Made by a program: the position numbers and the translations under genes. Shown piece after piece: positions 38,001 through 48,304 of a stretch of 64,000 nucleotides of DNA. How positions within the stretch are numbered: the first letter of the stretch is position 1; every line of letters begins with the position of its first letter. The notes beneath the pieces are model-generated. The model searched no databases. It was not told the origin of the DNA and saw only the letters and a list, made by a program, of their open reading frames with translations. The stretch lies in contig CAVOKF010000005.1 in assembly GCA_963696385.1 (NCBI GenBank), positions 576,001 to 640,000 of the forward strand, in the 5' to 3' direction. Source of the stretch: an uncultured delta proteobacterium (GTDB taxonomy: Bacteria; Myxococcota_A; Polyangia; Polyangiales; Polyangiaceae).

Positions 38001-38669
38001 CTACCAAACATGCGGAATCAGCCGCCATCGAACCTTGTGGCGGTAGTCCGCGTAGCCGGCCAGGTGGCCCAGGAGAAAGCGCTCCTCATCGAGGAGGCGC
38101 CACACGATGACGGCAACGAAAGGCGGAAGCGTTACGAGACCGACAAGCGAGCCGAGCGCCAACGGGATCCCCGAGACCAGGATGAGTCCTCCGACGTACA
38201 TGGGGTGGGCTACGATCGCGTATGGTCCCGTATCGATCACCCGCTGCTCGGGAGCCACCTCGATGACCGAAGAGGTGAACGGGTTCCCGCGGAACACGAC
38301 GAAGACAACCAGGAACCCCAGGAGCACGAGTACGTCGCCGGCCATGACGAGGGCCAGTGGGACATGCGACCAGCCCAACCGATGGTCGAGCCCCGGACCC
38401 CCCACCATCGAGAGAAAGGAGAGGCTGGCCATGCCCTGGATGATCCTCTGGCTCCGCTCCTTCTCGGCAACGGGGCCGGCATGGGTTCGCCGAGCAAGGA
38501 GTGCGGGATCCGCGCGCGCGAGGTAGAGCGTGATCGCCAGGGACGCCGCCGTGAATAGCCCAAGGAACACCCATCCCTCGACGAATCGCAGGGTTCCGGC
38601 CGACCCGAAGAGCACCAGCCCGAGAACGACGACGAGGTTCGTGAGCCCCATCACCGCTTTCCACATCAT
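38001..38669 (-). CDS. Isoprenylcysteine carboxylmethyltransferase (PEMT/ICMT) family protein
   Basis: QRVIDTGPYAIVAHPMY, RLLDEE.FL...L.GY.DY...VRWRLIP. Confidence 0.92.
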   Translation of the reverse strand: MMWKAVMGLTNLVVVLGLVLFGSAGTLRFVEGWVFLGLFTAASLAITLYLARADPALLARRTHAGPVAEKERSQRIIQGMASLSFLSMVGGPGLDHRLGWSHVPLALVMAGDVLVLLGFLVVFVVFRGNPFTSSVIEVAPEQRVIDTGPYAIVAHPMYVGGLILVSGIPLALGSLVGLVTLPPFVAVIVWRLLDEERFLLGHLAGYADYRHKVRWRLIPHVW

Positions 38670-38677
38670 CCTCCCGC

Positions 38678-41600
38678 CTAAGAGCCGCCGAGGCTCAGTC
38701 CTGCCAGGTTTGCGACGATCGTTACGAGCTGCGCCGGTTCGATGGGTTTCGGAACGTGCATCTGAAACCCCGCGGCGAACGCACGTTGAGCGTCTTCTCT
38801 TCGCGCGTAGGCCGTCAAAGCGACCGCCGGCGTTCGCGCGCCTCGAGCGACCGGCAACGCCCGCACCCTTCGGATGAACGCATAGCCGTCCATCTCGGGC
38901 ATGCCGATGTCGCTGACGATGCCGTCGGTCTTCGTCGTAGCGAGCTCACCGAGGGCTTCGGACGCAGACGTGGCGGTTGTCACGGTCGCGCCATGGTCCT
39001 GAAGAACCTGGCCGATGATTCCGCGTGCATCTTCCTCGTCATCGACGACGAGGACCGAGAGCCCATCCAGGCGGATGGTCGCTGGGCGGGTCGTGTTCCT
39101 CACCGTCGATGGATGCGTGGATCGGACGCTGGGAACGGCGCCGTGGGCAGGCAAGGTCACGACAAATTTGGATCCTTGACCCGGTCCTTTGCTGCTCGCG
39201 TGGATTGTGCCGCCGTGAGCCGCGACGAGCTGCTTCACGATGGCCAACCCGAGCCCGAGGCCGCCATGCCGGCGCGTCGTCGACGCGTCCGCCTGCCGGA
39301 AAGGATCGAAAATGTACCCCAGAGCCTCGGACTCGATGCCTTCGCCGGTATCCGTGACGCAAATGCAGACGTAGGAGCCCTCGCGATAGGCACGCACTGA
39401 GACGTTCCCGCCCTTGGGCGTGAACTTCACCGCGTTCGCGACCAGGTTCCATACTACCTGTTGCAAGCGATCGGCGTCGGCCCTGAGGGTCAACGAGGCG
39501 TCCACGTCGGCATGGATGTGGACCCCCTTGGCATCGGCAGCCGGTGTGACCGACTCGATCGCGCCTTCGACCCCTTCGGCGATGTTCGTCGGCGCTAGGT
39601 TCAACGACAGCTTGCCGCTGATGATGCGCGAGACGTCGAGGACGTCCTCCACGAGGCGTACCTGTCGGCGCGCATTGCGCTCGATGATCGAAAGGGCTCG
39701 ATCCAGTTCTTCGGCCGGCTTTCGCCCGCGAAGCGTCATCGTCCAGCCCAGGATCGCGTTGAGCGGCGTTCGGAGCTCATGGGATACCGTGGCGAGAAAC
39801 TCGTCCTTCATGCGGTTCGCTACGTCGGATTGTTCTCGCAACAGCCGCTCCGTCTTGCGCGCGTCCTCGGCCTGCTTCAACGCGAGCGCATTCTCCATCG
39901 CCATGGCCGCGCGGCGGGCGAACTCCTCGCAGAACGCGAGATCCTCTTCCGTATAGCGACGGCCTGAGTCCGCATAAATGAACGTCACCGCGCCTAGCGT
40001 GCGCTCGCGTCCCTTCAACGGAACGACCATCGCCGATTCGAGCCGTAGCTCGCGGAGGATGCGCAGGTGTGCTTCATCCCGAGCGCCGGCCTCGAGCAAA
40101 GAGGCCGGGATTTCTGGATAGAGTTCCGGCTTGCCGGAACGGATCACCTGCGGAGCTCCTGTGGCCGCGTTGGGATCGGGCGGATACTTCTCCCCGAGCT
40201 CGCGCGCCCACCGAACCTTCTGCGGGTCGACATGGGCGACGGCGACTTGCTGCGGGCCGTGAGCTCCGGGCTCGAGCAGGTCGACGCCGCACCAATCGGC
40301 AAGCTGAGGCACGGCAAGTTGGGCGACGCCGGCGAGGATGGCACGGTAGTCGAGCGACGAGGCGAGCGCCGCGCCGGCACGCGCGAGGAAATCGCGGCGG
40401 ACTCGTTCCCGTTTCTCGATCGTGACGTCGCGAAACACGATCACGACCCCGAAGAGGGAGCCCCTCGCGTCGCGAATGGGTGCCGCGCTGTCATCGATCG
40501 GGATCTCGATTCCGCGTCGACTCCGCAACACCGCTTGACTTGCGAGCCCGACGACCTTGCCGTCGCGAACAACCCTCATCACCGGGCTTTCGCAGGGCGT
40601 TCGGGTCTCGTCCGAGAAGATGGTGAACACGTGCTCGAGCGGCCGTCCGCGCGCTTCGGCTTCCGGCCATCCCGTGAGCTGCTCGGCGATTCCGTTCATG
40701 AACACCACGCGACCCGCTGGGTCGGTAGCGATGACGGCGTCTCCGATGCTGCGCAACGTCGTCGCCAACCAGGCCTGGCCGCGCTCTTCTCGTTCGAGGC
40801 GGACGGAACGCAGCAGCGCCTGCGCACATTGCTTTGCGAGCGTGTCTACCAATGCGCGTTCCTCGGGTGGAAAGCGCCGATCCGTATAGAAGCCCATCCC
40901 GAGCAGGCCGATGCCACGTCCTTCGACGACGAGGGGCACACTCCAGCATGCGCGCGCCTTCTCCCCGTGAGCTTTTATGGTGGCGAGCTCAGGATGCAGC
41001 CGAGCATAGTCCTCGGCGGTTTCGGTCCACGCCGTCGCACCCGAGCGGATGGCCTCGAAAGCGGCGGGGCTGCTCGCTTCCGTCAGGCGACACGTCCGCT
41101 CTATCAACTCGGGTGCGAAGCCGCGATGACCGATGAGGTCCAACGCGCTGCCCGTCTCGTCGAACATGTACAGAGAGCACGTGTCGGCCTGCGCCACGCG
41201 CATTCCTTCGTCGATGATCGCGGCCGCAACCTCTTCGGGGGTACGTGTTTGGGACAGCGCCAGCGCAAGATCCGTCAACGTCCGAAGCGAACGAGCGAGT
41301 TGCTGCCGAGTGCGATAGAGCTCCGCGAAGACAGCCACCTTCGCGCGGATGGCTTCGGGTTGGAGAGGCCTTTGGATGACGTCCACAGCCCCTTCCGCAT
41401 AGGCGCGGAGCACTTGCGAGGGCGCAGCGTCCGCGTCGGTGACGAAAAGGATGGGTACGGACCTCCCGTCGCGGGCGAACTCCTTCATCCGCATGGCCGT
41501 GTCGAGGCCGTCCATCCCGGGCATCTTCACGTCGAGCAGTACGACCGCGAAATCTCGCTGTCGAACCTCGCGCAACGCATGTTCGCCCGAGTACACGTTC

Positions 41601-41689
41601 ACGAGCTCGTAATCGCCTGAGCCGAGCACCGCTCCGAGCGCGACACGATTCGCCGGCACCTCGTCGACGAGCAGCAAAGGAACCCTCAC
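38678..41689 (-). CDS. Hybrid kinase, REC-GAF-PAS-GAF-HisKA-HATPase-REC
   Basis: PAS TLRSIGDAVIATD...IDDSAAPI; two GAF domains; H-box VSHELRTPL; GTGA overlap region with the upstream kinase locus. Confidence 0.95.
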   Translation of the reverse strand: MRVPLLLVDEVPANRVALGAVLGSGDYELVNVYSGEHALREVRQRDFAVVLLDVKMPGMDGLDTAMRMKEFARDGRSVPILFVTDADAAPSQVLRAYAEGAVDVIQRPLQPEAIRAKVAVFAELYRTRQQLARSLRTLTDLALALSQTRTPEEVAAAIIDEGMRVAQADTCSLYMFDETGSALDLIGHRGFAPELIERTCRLTEASSPAAFEAIRSGATAWTETAEDYARLHPELATIKAHGEKARACWSVPLVVEGRGIGLLGMGFYTDRRFPPEERALVDTLAKQCAQALLRSVRLEREERGQAWLATTLRSIGDAVIATDPAGRVVFMNGIAEQLTGWPEAEARGRPLEHVFTIFSDETRTPCESPVMRVVRDGKVVGLASQAVLRSRRGIEIPIDDSAAPIRDARGSLFGVVIVFRDVTIEKRERVRRDFLARAGAALASSLDYRAILAGVAQLAVPQLADWCGVDLLEPGAHGPQQVAVAHVDPQKVRWARELGEKYPPDPNAATGAPQVIRSGKPELYPEIPASLLEAGARDEAHLRILRELRLESAMVVPLKGRERTLGAVTFIYADSGRRYTEEDLAFCEEFARRAAMAMENALALKQAEDARKTERLLREQSDVANRMKDEFLATVSHELRTPLNAILGWTMTLRGRKPAEELDRALSIIERNARRQVRLVEDVLDVSRIISGKLSLNLAPTNIAEGVEGAIESVTPAADAKGVHIHADVDASLTLRADADRLQQVVWNLVANAVKFTPKGGNVSVRAYREGSYVCICVTDTGEGIESEALGYIFDPFRQADASTTRRHGGLGLGLAIVKQLVAAHGGTIHASSKGPGQGSKFVVTLPAHGAVPSVRSTHPSTVRNTTRPATIRLDGLSVLVVDDEEDARGIIGQVLQDHGATVTTATSASEALGELATTKTDGIVSDIGMPEMDGYAFIRRVRALPVARGARTPAVALTAYARREDAQRAFAAGFQMHVPKPIEPAQLVTIVANLAGLSLGGS

Positions 41690-41742
41690 GACGGATTCCG
41701 TGAGCGAAGGTTGTCGTCATGCCCGGTCGTCTGGATGTTCAC

Positions 41743-44700
41743 CTACCGCGCCTCCCTTACGGCCCGCTGTACGGTCGTGATCAGCGCCGTCGACTCGACG
41801 GGCTTCGAAAGGTGCTGTTGGTAACCCGCGGCAAGCGCTCGCTCGGCGTCTTCCAGCCGCGCATACGCGGTGAGGGCGATCGCCGGGACGTGTGCCGTGG
41901 ATGCCAGAGCGCGGAGCCTTCGCATGAGTGTGTAGCCGTCCATCTCCGGCATGCCGATGTCACTGATGATCACGTCGAATGGGTCGCGTGCCCGATGGAG
42001 GGCCTCTTGGGCAGAGGGAGCGACGGCGACCGCAGCGCCCGCCCCTTCGAGTACGACGCGGATGAGCTCGAGGGAGTCTTCATCATCTTCCACGACGAGG
42101 GCGCGAACCTTACGAAGAGGAAGGTTCTTTTCATGGTTATCCATCGCGGTACCGGTCGGCTCCTCCCAAGGCTCCGTCTCCGAGCGCGCCTCTGGCTCCG
42201 AGCGCGACTCCGCGTCCGGGGCCGCCTCCCCCGGCTCGACGACGGAGGTATCCACGGCGCGAATGGGCAATGAAACGGTGAAAGTCGTACCTTGCCCGGG
42301 TCCGTCACTCTCTGCGACGACGCTGCCGCCGTGGGCTTCGGACAGGTGGCGAACGATCGCAAGACCGAGGCCGAGGCCGCCGTGTTGGCGTGTGGTGGTA
42401 CTGTCCACCTGACGAAAGCGTTCGAAAATGTGCGGCAAGTGCGCCGCGGGGATGCCGGCTCCCGTGTCTTGCACGACAACGGTCATGTTCGAGCCTTGTC
42501 GCTCTGCGCGCACGGTGACCCGACCTTTCGAGGGCGTGAATCGAACCGCGTTGGTGAGCAAGTTCCACACGACTTGCTGCAAGCGGTCCGGATCGCCCAT
42601 CATGGACCCAAGATCCGGATCGACGTCGACCACCAAGCGGACGCCCTTGGCTTCCGCGGCAGGCCGAACAACGTCGGCCGCGGCGTGCATGACCGTCGAG
42701 AGCTGCATCCGCGTCACACTCAAACGCAGCTTGCCGCTGATGATGCGCGACATATCGAGAAGATCGCTCACAAGCCGCGTTTGAGTCTGCGCGTTGCGCT
42801 CGATGACGTCGAGCCCTCGTTCAAGCTTCGCTCGGTCGCGGTGATCGTGTTTCAGCATGGTCGCCCAGCCAAGCATGGCGTTGAGCGGCGTTCGAAGCTC
42901 ATGACCCATCGTCGCGAGAAATTCATCCTTCGCACGGCTAGCTTGCTCGAGTTCCCGGCGTGCGAGAACCTGATCGGTGACGTCGAACGCGCAGACCATG
43001 ACGCCATCGACGACGCCGCGCCCGTCTACGAGGGCGGCGTATACATAATTGAAGTAGGCGTCCTGCAGCTCGCCTGCGGGCCCGGTAGGCATACGTGCGA
43101 GCTGCGCTCGCCCTTCGAATGTCGCGCCCGTCCGGTAAACTCCGTCCAGTTGCTCCGGAAATGGCTGGTTACGCATCTCCGGCAGGGCGTCGAGCCAAGG
43201 CCGGCCGACGACGTTCGAGTCCTTGCCCCAGGACCTCAGAATCGCGTCGTTCGCGATCTCGATGACGTGATCGGGGCCGCGAAAGATGGCGACGGGGAAA
43301 GGCGCCTGCATGAACGCGCGGTAGAGGTTCGCCCGTTGGGTTACCGCGCCGCGCGAGGCCTTGGCCGCGGCAAGTTTCGCCGCGATCCGCGCGAAGAGCT
43401 CCCGAGCTGTGAAGGGCTTCACGAGGTAGTCGTCGGCACCGGCGCTCAGCCCCTCGGCGGTGGCTTCTTCTCCCGCACGTGCCGATAAAAGAAGGACCGG
43501 GATCCCGCGCAACGAGGGGTCGCTGCGAAGAGCCCGGAGAAGCGCGAAGCCGTCGAGCCCCGGCATCATGACGTCAGTCAGCACGAGATCGGGCGGGTTA
43601 CGCCGGATGCTCTCGAGCGCGGCTTGGCCGTCGCTCGCTGCCTCGACGTTCCAGCGTTCGCGTAGCAGGCGCGTGAGGTAGTCGCGCATGTCGGCGTTGT
43701 CGTCCGCGACGACAATGCGCTCCCGAAGTTCATTTCCGGTACGGTCGGCAACGAACGGGGGCGTGAAATGCTTGTCGTCCGTAGAAACCCAGCGCAATGC
43801 CTCTTGGACGTAGGCCCCGGCTCCGACGGTGGAGCCTTGGAGCGACCGGGCGGCTCGCAGGCGATCTTTGGGCAAATGGGCCGTTCCGTACGGGATGCGA
43901 AGGGTGAATGACGTCCCTTCTCCCGGACGGCTCTTCACTCGAAGTTCGCCGGAATGGAAGAGCACGAGCTCCTGGACGAGCGCTAGACCAATGCCCGACC
44001 CTTCGTGGCTGCGCGAGCGCACGCCCTCGACGCGATGGAAGCGATCGAAGAGGCGTGGCAAATCCCTCTCGGCGATCCCAATACCGCTGTCGGCTACCTC
44101 GAGCTCCGCGCCGCCGTCCACCTCCCGCAGTCGCACCGCAATCGTCCCTTCGAACGTAAATTTGAACGCGTTGGAGAGGAGGTTGAGGACGATTTTCTCC
44201 CACATGTCGTGATCGACATAAATCGCCTCAGAGAGTGGCGGACAGTCGACGACGAGCGTTAGGCCCGCGCGCTCCACGGCGGATCGGAAGCTGCTGGCCA
44301 GGTCCGCCGTCAGGGCGGCAAGATCCGTCGGCTCGTAGGCAGCTTCGGCCCGTCCGGCTTCGATCCGCGAAAAGTCGAGCAATGTGTTGACGAGTTTGAG
44401 GAGGCGTAGCGCGTTGCGATGCAGCAGATCGATGCGCTCGGCTTCGGCGGGATCGCGCGGACCGAGCGCTCGCATGTCTTCGATCGGTCCGAGCATCAGC
44501 GTGAGCGGCGTGCGAAACTCGTGGCTCACGTTGCTGAAGAACATCGTCTTGGCGCGATCGATCTCTGCGAGAGCTTGCACGCGGGCCCGCTCCTCTTCGC
44601 GGGCCGCGGCGTGGCTTGCCGCTTGCGAGATGCTCGCGGAAAGAAGGGTATGGAAGCGGGCATAAGGTCCGCCTCGTCGCAACATCGCGCTCATGCCCAC

Positions 44701-45567
44701 CACGAGAAACCCGAAGAGCTGCCCTCCGCCCGACCGCTCTATCGGAAGCACCGTTGCGCAGCGCGCTCCTGCGATTGGTTCATCGAGCTCGACCACCGAG
44801 GTCGTCTTCTGGCCGAAGGGCCAAGGCGACGGATGGGCGTTCGCGATGACGAGCGGGGATCGCGGCGTGCCCTCCTCGACGTTCGCGGCGGCTGTAAGGC
44901 GAAGATCGAGCGAACCGTCGTCGCGCAGATAAAACAGTGCGAAAGGTACATCGCTCGGGAAGCGAGTGATGTGCTCGGCGGCTTGCTTACAAGCCTCGGC
45001 GGGGGTCGACGACTGAGTCGCCCCGGCGAGCGCGTTGAGCAGGCGCAACCGACGCTCTTCGATCACGCGCTCGGTCGTCTCGACCACAGCGCAGAACACG
45101 CCGCCTACGGTGCCTGACTCGATGCGTATCGGGCTGTACGTAAACGTGAAGTACGACTCCTCGGGCCGTCCGCCTTCGAGCCGCGCGAGCGGAAGCATGA
45201 GATCCTCGGACCACGTCGCCTTGCCCGTTTCCATCACCCCGCGCAGCATCGGCGTGATGACCTCTCCGATCTCGGACCAGACTTCGAGACCGGGCCGCCC
45301 GATCGCGCGAGGATGCTTGCCGCTTAAGATCGGCAGATACGCGTCGTTGTAGATCAATGCGAGCTCGGGTCCCCAGAAAAGCACGATAGGAAATCGCGAA
45401 CTGAGGCAGATGCTGGCCGAGGTGCGCAGACTCTGCGGCCATCCGGCGATGGGTCCGAGTGGGGTCTTGGACCAGTCGACGGAGCGCATCAGCGCTCCCA
45501 CCTCACCGCCGTCGTCCAAGAACGACTCGGCCGCTTGAAAAGGCACCTCGAGCCGCGTCGTGGTCAT
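41743..45567 (-). CDS. Double-transmitter hybrid kinase, PAS-like/GAF-HisKA-HATPase-REC-PAS-HisKA-HATPase-REC
   Basis: DWSKTPLGP...WPQSL N-terminus; two H-boxes (NVSHEFRTPL, TMGHELRTPL), two HATPase and two REC domains. Confidence 0.95.
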   Translation of the reverse strand: MTTTRLEVPFQAAESFLDDGGEVGALMRSVDWSKTPLGPIAGWPQSLRTSASICLSSRFPIVLFWGPELALIYNDAYLPILSGKHPRAIGRPGLEVWSEIGEVITPMLRGVMETGKATWSEDLMLPLARLEGGRPEESYFTFTYSPIRIESGTVGGVFCAVVETTERVIEERRLRLLNALAGATQSSTPAEACKQAAEHITRFPSDVPFALFYLRDDGSLDLRLTAAANVEEGTPRSPLVIANAHPSPWPFGQKTTSVVELDEPIAGARCATVLPIERSGGGQLFGFLVVGMSAMLRRGGPYARFHTLLSASISQAASHAAAREEERARVQALAEIDRAKTMFFSNVSHEFRTPLTLMLGPIEDMRALGPRDPAEAERIDLLHRNALRLLKLVNTLLDFSRIEAGRAEAAYEPTDLAALTADLASSFRSAVERAGLTLVVDCPPLSEAIYVDHDMWEKIVLNLLSNAFKFTFEGTIAVRLREVDGGAELEVADSGIGIAERDLPRLFDRFHRVEGVRSRSHEGSGIGLALVQELVLFHSGELRVKSRPGEGTSFTLRIPYGTAHLPKDRLRAARSLQGSTVGAGAYVQEALRWVSTDDKHFTPPFVADRTGNELRERIVVADDNADMRDYLTRLLRERWNVEAASDGQAALESIRRNPPDLVLTDVMMPGLDGFALLRALRSDPSLRGIPVLLLSARAGEEATAEGLSAGADDYLVKPFTARELFARIAAKLAAAKASRGAVTQRANLYRAFMQAPFPVAIFRGPDHVIEIANDAILRSWGKDSNVVGRPWLDALPEMRNQPFPEQLDGVYRTGATFEGRAQLARMPTGPAGELQDAYFNYVYAALVDGRGVVDGVMVCAFDVTDQVLARRELEQASRAKDEFLATMGHELRTPLNAMLGWATMLKHDHRDRAKLERGLDVIERNAQTQTRLVSDLLDMSRIISGKLRLSVTRMQLSTVMHAAADVVRPAAEAKGVRLVVDVDPDLGSMMGDPDRLQQVVWNLLTNAVRFTPSKGRVTVRAERQGSNMTVVVQDTGAGIPAAHLPHIFERFRQVDSTTTRQHGGLGLGLAIVRHLSEAHGGSVVAESDGPGQGTTFTVSLPIRAVDTSVVEPGEAAPDAESRSEPEARSETEPWEEPTGTAMDNHEKNLPLRKVRALVVEDDEDSLELIRVVLEGAGAAVAVAPSAQEALHRARDPFDVIISDIGMPEMDGYTLMRRLRALASTAHVPAIALTAYARLEDAERALAAGYQQHLSKPVESTALITTVQRAVREAR

Positions 45568-45866
45568 GACTTTCCGTACCGACCGGCCGGAGAGCGAGAC
45601 CGCGCGCCCATCGGGCCCCTGACGCGCATCCCCCTCGCGGCGTCAACGTTGAGGGAATGTGCAGATGTGAGATTCACAAGCGTTACGGAACCACGATTCA
45701 CGACGCTTGACCATCGGCTCGACACGCGAAAACCTGTTTCAGTGCTTGAGTTCGTTTGCGAGGCGAACGCGCAGCCCGGACGTAGCCGTCCCCACGATGC
45801 CGATATCCGCAAATGCGCCACGCTTGGGGCGTGCGTGCGCTAGGCAAACACAGACGCCACACCCAG

Positions 45867-46045
45867 CGTGGCGGTGCTGCATTCGACATGGGCGTTTATT
45901 GCATCAACGCCGCGCGCAATCTGTTCCGGGAAGAGCCCACGCAAGTCCTCGCGGTCCAGGTGCGAGACTCGGGCGATCGCTCCCAGGGAGTGGACGAAGC
46001 CACGACGGCGATTCTCCGGTTTTCCGGCGGACGGGTTGCGAGCGC
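45867..46045 (+). pseudogene. Internal fragment of a Gfo/Idh/MocA oxidoreductase
   Basis: GGAAFDMGVYCINAARNLFREEP...VDEATTAILRFSGGRVA; no Rossmann N-terminus and no C-terminus. Confidence 0.75.
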
Positions 46046-46401
46046 GAGTATCGACCGAGCCTGCGGCTCGAGATGAACTGGCCTGCTATCGGCAATGTGC
46101 GACCGGTCGACGCGCCCTCACCCAGCAAGTAAGCGGGGGCCTTTGGAACGAATGAACGCGTCTCGCCACCGCCGGCCATGAAGCCGGCGGCGACGGCCGT
46201 CCTCACTCGATCGGAGTAACGTCGCGGTCAATCATGCGAGTTCCCTAGCCGCCGAAAAAAATCGTTGGCCGGTCATCGAGGCTAATTGCGGGATGCTCGG
46301 GGGTGACTGCTTTGGGTCGGCCGCGTGACCGTCGAACGCGGGTCTCGGCGTCTTACGCCGAGGCATTGCGCCGCAAATCCGAGGCCGGGTGTCGACTGGC
46401 G

Positions 46402-47304
46402 TTAAGCGACTCGACTCGAGTCGCGCGCGTTGCCAAGGGCTGCAAGAGCCGACTCGCAGTCGCGTACCCAGGGCTGGCTTACGGGCCGGCAAGGTTGCGC
46501 GCCGACTTCGTCGGTCCAGACCCGGAAACTCGTGAGCAGGCTCGATCCGAACGAGGTGCTTATCGCGACATCGGCGGCATCGCGCCCTCTCGCGATGAGG
46601 ACGCGCCCGATGCGAGGCGTGTTGTGGCGAGCATCGAATGTGTACCATGTGCCGCCCAGGTACGCCTCGAACCACCCCGAAAAGTCCATGGGCGCGTCCG
46701 ATGCTGGCACGCCGATGTCACCGAGGTACCCCGTACAGTAACGCGCCGGAATATTCATCGACCGGCAGAGTGCAATCGCAAGGTGAGCAAAGTCGCGGCA
46801 TACACCGGCCCCTTCGTGATAGACCTCCCACGCCGTCTTTGTCGGCCGAGCGAAGCCGTATCCAAACTGGATATGGTTGTGTACAAAATCGCAGATCGCT
46901 TGGACGCGTCCCCACCCCGGGGGCGTGTTGGCGAAGAGCTGCCAGGCGATGGGCATCAGCAAATCGGCCTCGCAGTACCGGCTCGCAAGCAAAAACCGGA
47001 GGACGTCGTCGGGAAGGTCCTCCACCGGGGTCTGAGGTGCCCCGAGAGCGACGGGATCGTGCGCGCCGCTGTCGTTCACCAGGGCATCGGTGAAGACGCG
47101 CAGCGCTCCCGCCGGCGCGAGAACGCGAGTGCACCAATTGCCGAACGAATCGCGATATCCCGCGAGGGCACACGACGGCTCAGTCCCCACCGGGTCGGGC
47201 ACGACAATGTCCGAATGCCGCGAAGAATGAATGCTCAGAAGGAGAATCATCGGTGTCGGTTGCGGGCAGCGGTACGTCAATTCATAACCGACGCGAATCT
47301 GCAT
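46402..47304 (-). CDS. Transglutaminase-like family protein
   Basis: FLLASRYCE, GVCRDFAH, IPARYCTGYLGDIG, FDARHN.PRIGR, GRDAADV. Confidence 0.93.
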   Translation of the reverse strand: MQIRVGYELTYRCPQPTPMILLLSIHSSRHSDIVVPDPVGTEPSCALAGYRDSFGNWCTRVLAPAGALRVFTDALVNDSGAHDPVALGAPQTPVEDLPDDVLRFLLASRYCEADLLMPIAWQLFANTPPGWGRVQAICDFVHNHIQFGYGFARPTKTAWEVYHEGAGVCRDFAHLAIALCRSMNIPARYCTGYLGDIGVPASDAPMDFSGWFEAYLGGTWYTFDARHNTPRIGRVLIARGRDAADVAISTSFGSSLLTSFRVWTDEVGAQPCRPVSQPWVRDCESALAALGNARDSSRVA

Positions 47305-47416
47305 GACTCCCTCTGTGTCTCCGCGGCCTCACTGGGGCCATTCGGTTCAAAACGTTTAGAGAGCGAATACCCGCGCCACATTGGTGGTGCCGTGAGCTTC
47401 TTCTCGTAGCTCGACG

Positions 47417-47432
47417 TGCAATCACCGATCCA
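47417..47432 (-). promoter_or_regulatory. sigma54-like -24/-12 motif
   Basis: TGGATCGGTGATTGCA upstream of the transglutaminase gene. Confidence 0.55.
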
Positions 47433-47455
47433 ATGGGCGAATACGAAGAGTCACG

Positions 47456-47734
47456 ATGAGTAGGGCCGTTCTGTCGGCCTCGCTTGCAGCTTGCAATCAG
47501 CAGCCCGGACAGACTGAGACGAAAAAGGAAATCCAAGCCAACGAACAAGCCAGCAGCGCCGGAATGGAAGCGGAGCAGCGTTTCCGGAACGCACGGGCCG
47601 CGGCGGATGACCATATTGCCTCGTCCCGCATGGACTTCGTGAAAGCGGGACCTCAAAAGCTCGAACGGATATTCGAGCGCATCTTTGCCGAACGCTGCCG
47701 CACGTTCGCCCTGCGTGTTACCCCGTCGTGGTGA
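47456..47734 (+). CDS. Small putative lipoprotein (coiled-coil), possibly truncated
   Basis: LAAC lipobox, then a Glu/Gln/Ala-rich helix. Confidence 0.45.
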   Translation: MSRAVLSASLAACNQQPGQTETKKEIQANEQASSAGMEAEQRFRNARAAADDHIASSRMDFVKAGPQKLERIFERIFAERCRTFALRVTPSW

Positions 47735-47737
47735 GGC

Positions 47738-48070
47738 TCAACGCGCGACGAGGCCCGTCGCACCGACAGGCAGGGCGCTTTCGACGGGAGGCGCGAAATC
47801 CGTCGCGCCGACGCGCGTGAGCGTTCCGGTAGGCTGAATTTGAAAAATTCCGATCGACGCTACCCCCGGGTTGAGGACGTACAGGAACTGTCCATCGGAG
47901 GAAATGGTTTCGTCATTCGGGCCATTGACGACGGTACCCGCCTCCGTCGTGCTGGTCTGTCCCGTCGTGGCGATGACGGCATTGGTCGCGGTGCCGATGT
48001 CGGTGAGATCTCCGGTGGTGGAGCTCACGGTGACCCCGCTGATGTCGGAGCCTTTCGCGTTGGCGACATC
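47738..48070 (-). pseudogene. C-terminal fragment of a lactonase-like beta-propeller protein
   Basis: AN..GSDISG.TV....G.LT and ISSDGQFLYVLN....SIGIFQI...GTLT blades; N-terminal blades are missing. Confidence 0.6.
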
Positions 48071-48304
48071 CCCGCCGTCCGACCACATCTGCCACAATCG
48101 TGCCATACCGCCGGAAATGGGGTCGCCGTTGCGAAGGACGATTCCCCCCCCAAGCGAGATGACCGCACACGCTTCTTGCTACGGCGGGGTCTTCTCACGG
48201 AGGCAGTCATGACAGGCGAACTGAACGGACAGAAAATTGTGCCCGAGTGAATCGAACTCATGCCGGACCGATGAGATCGGTCTCGCGCCGATCGGGAGGA
48301 CGCG

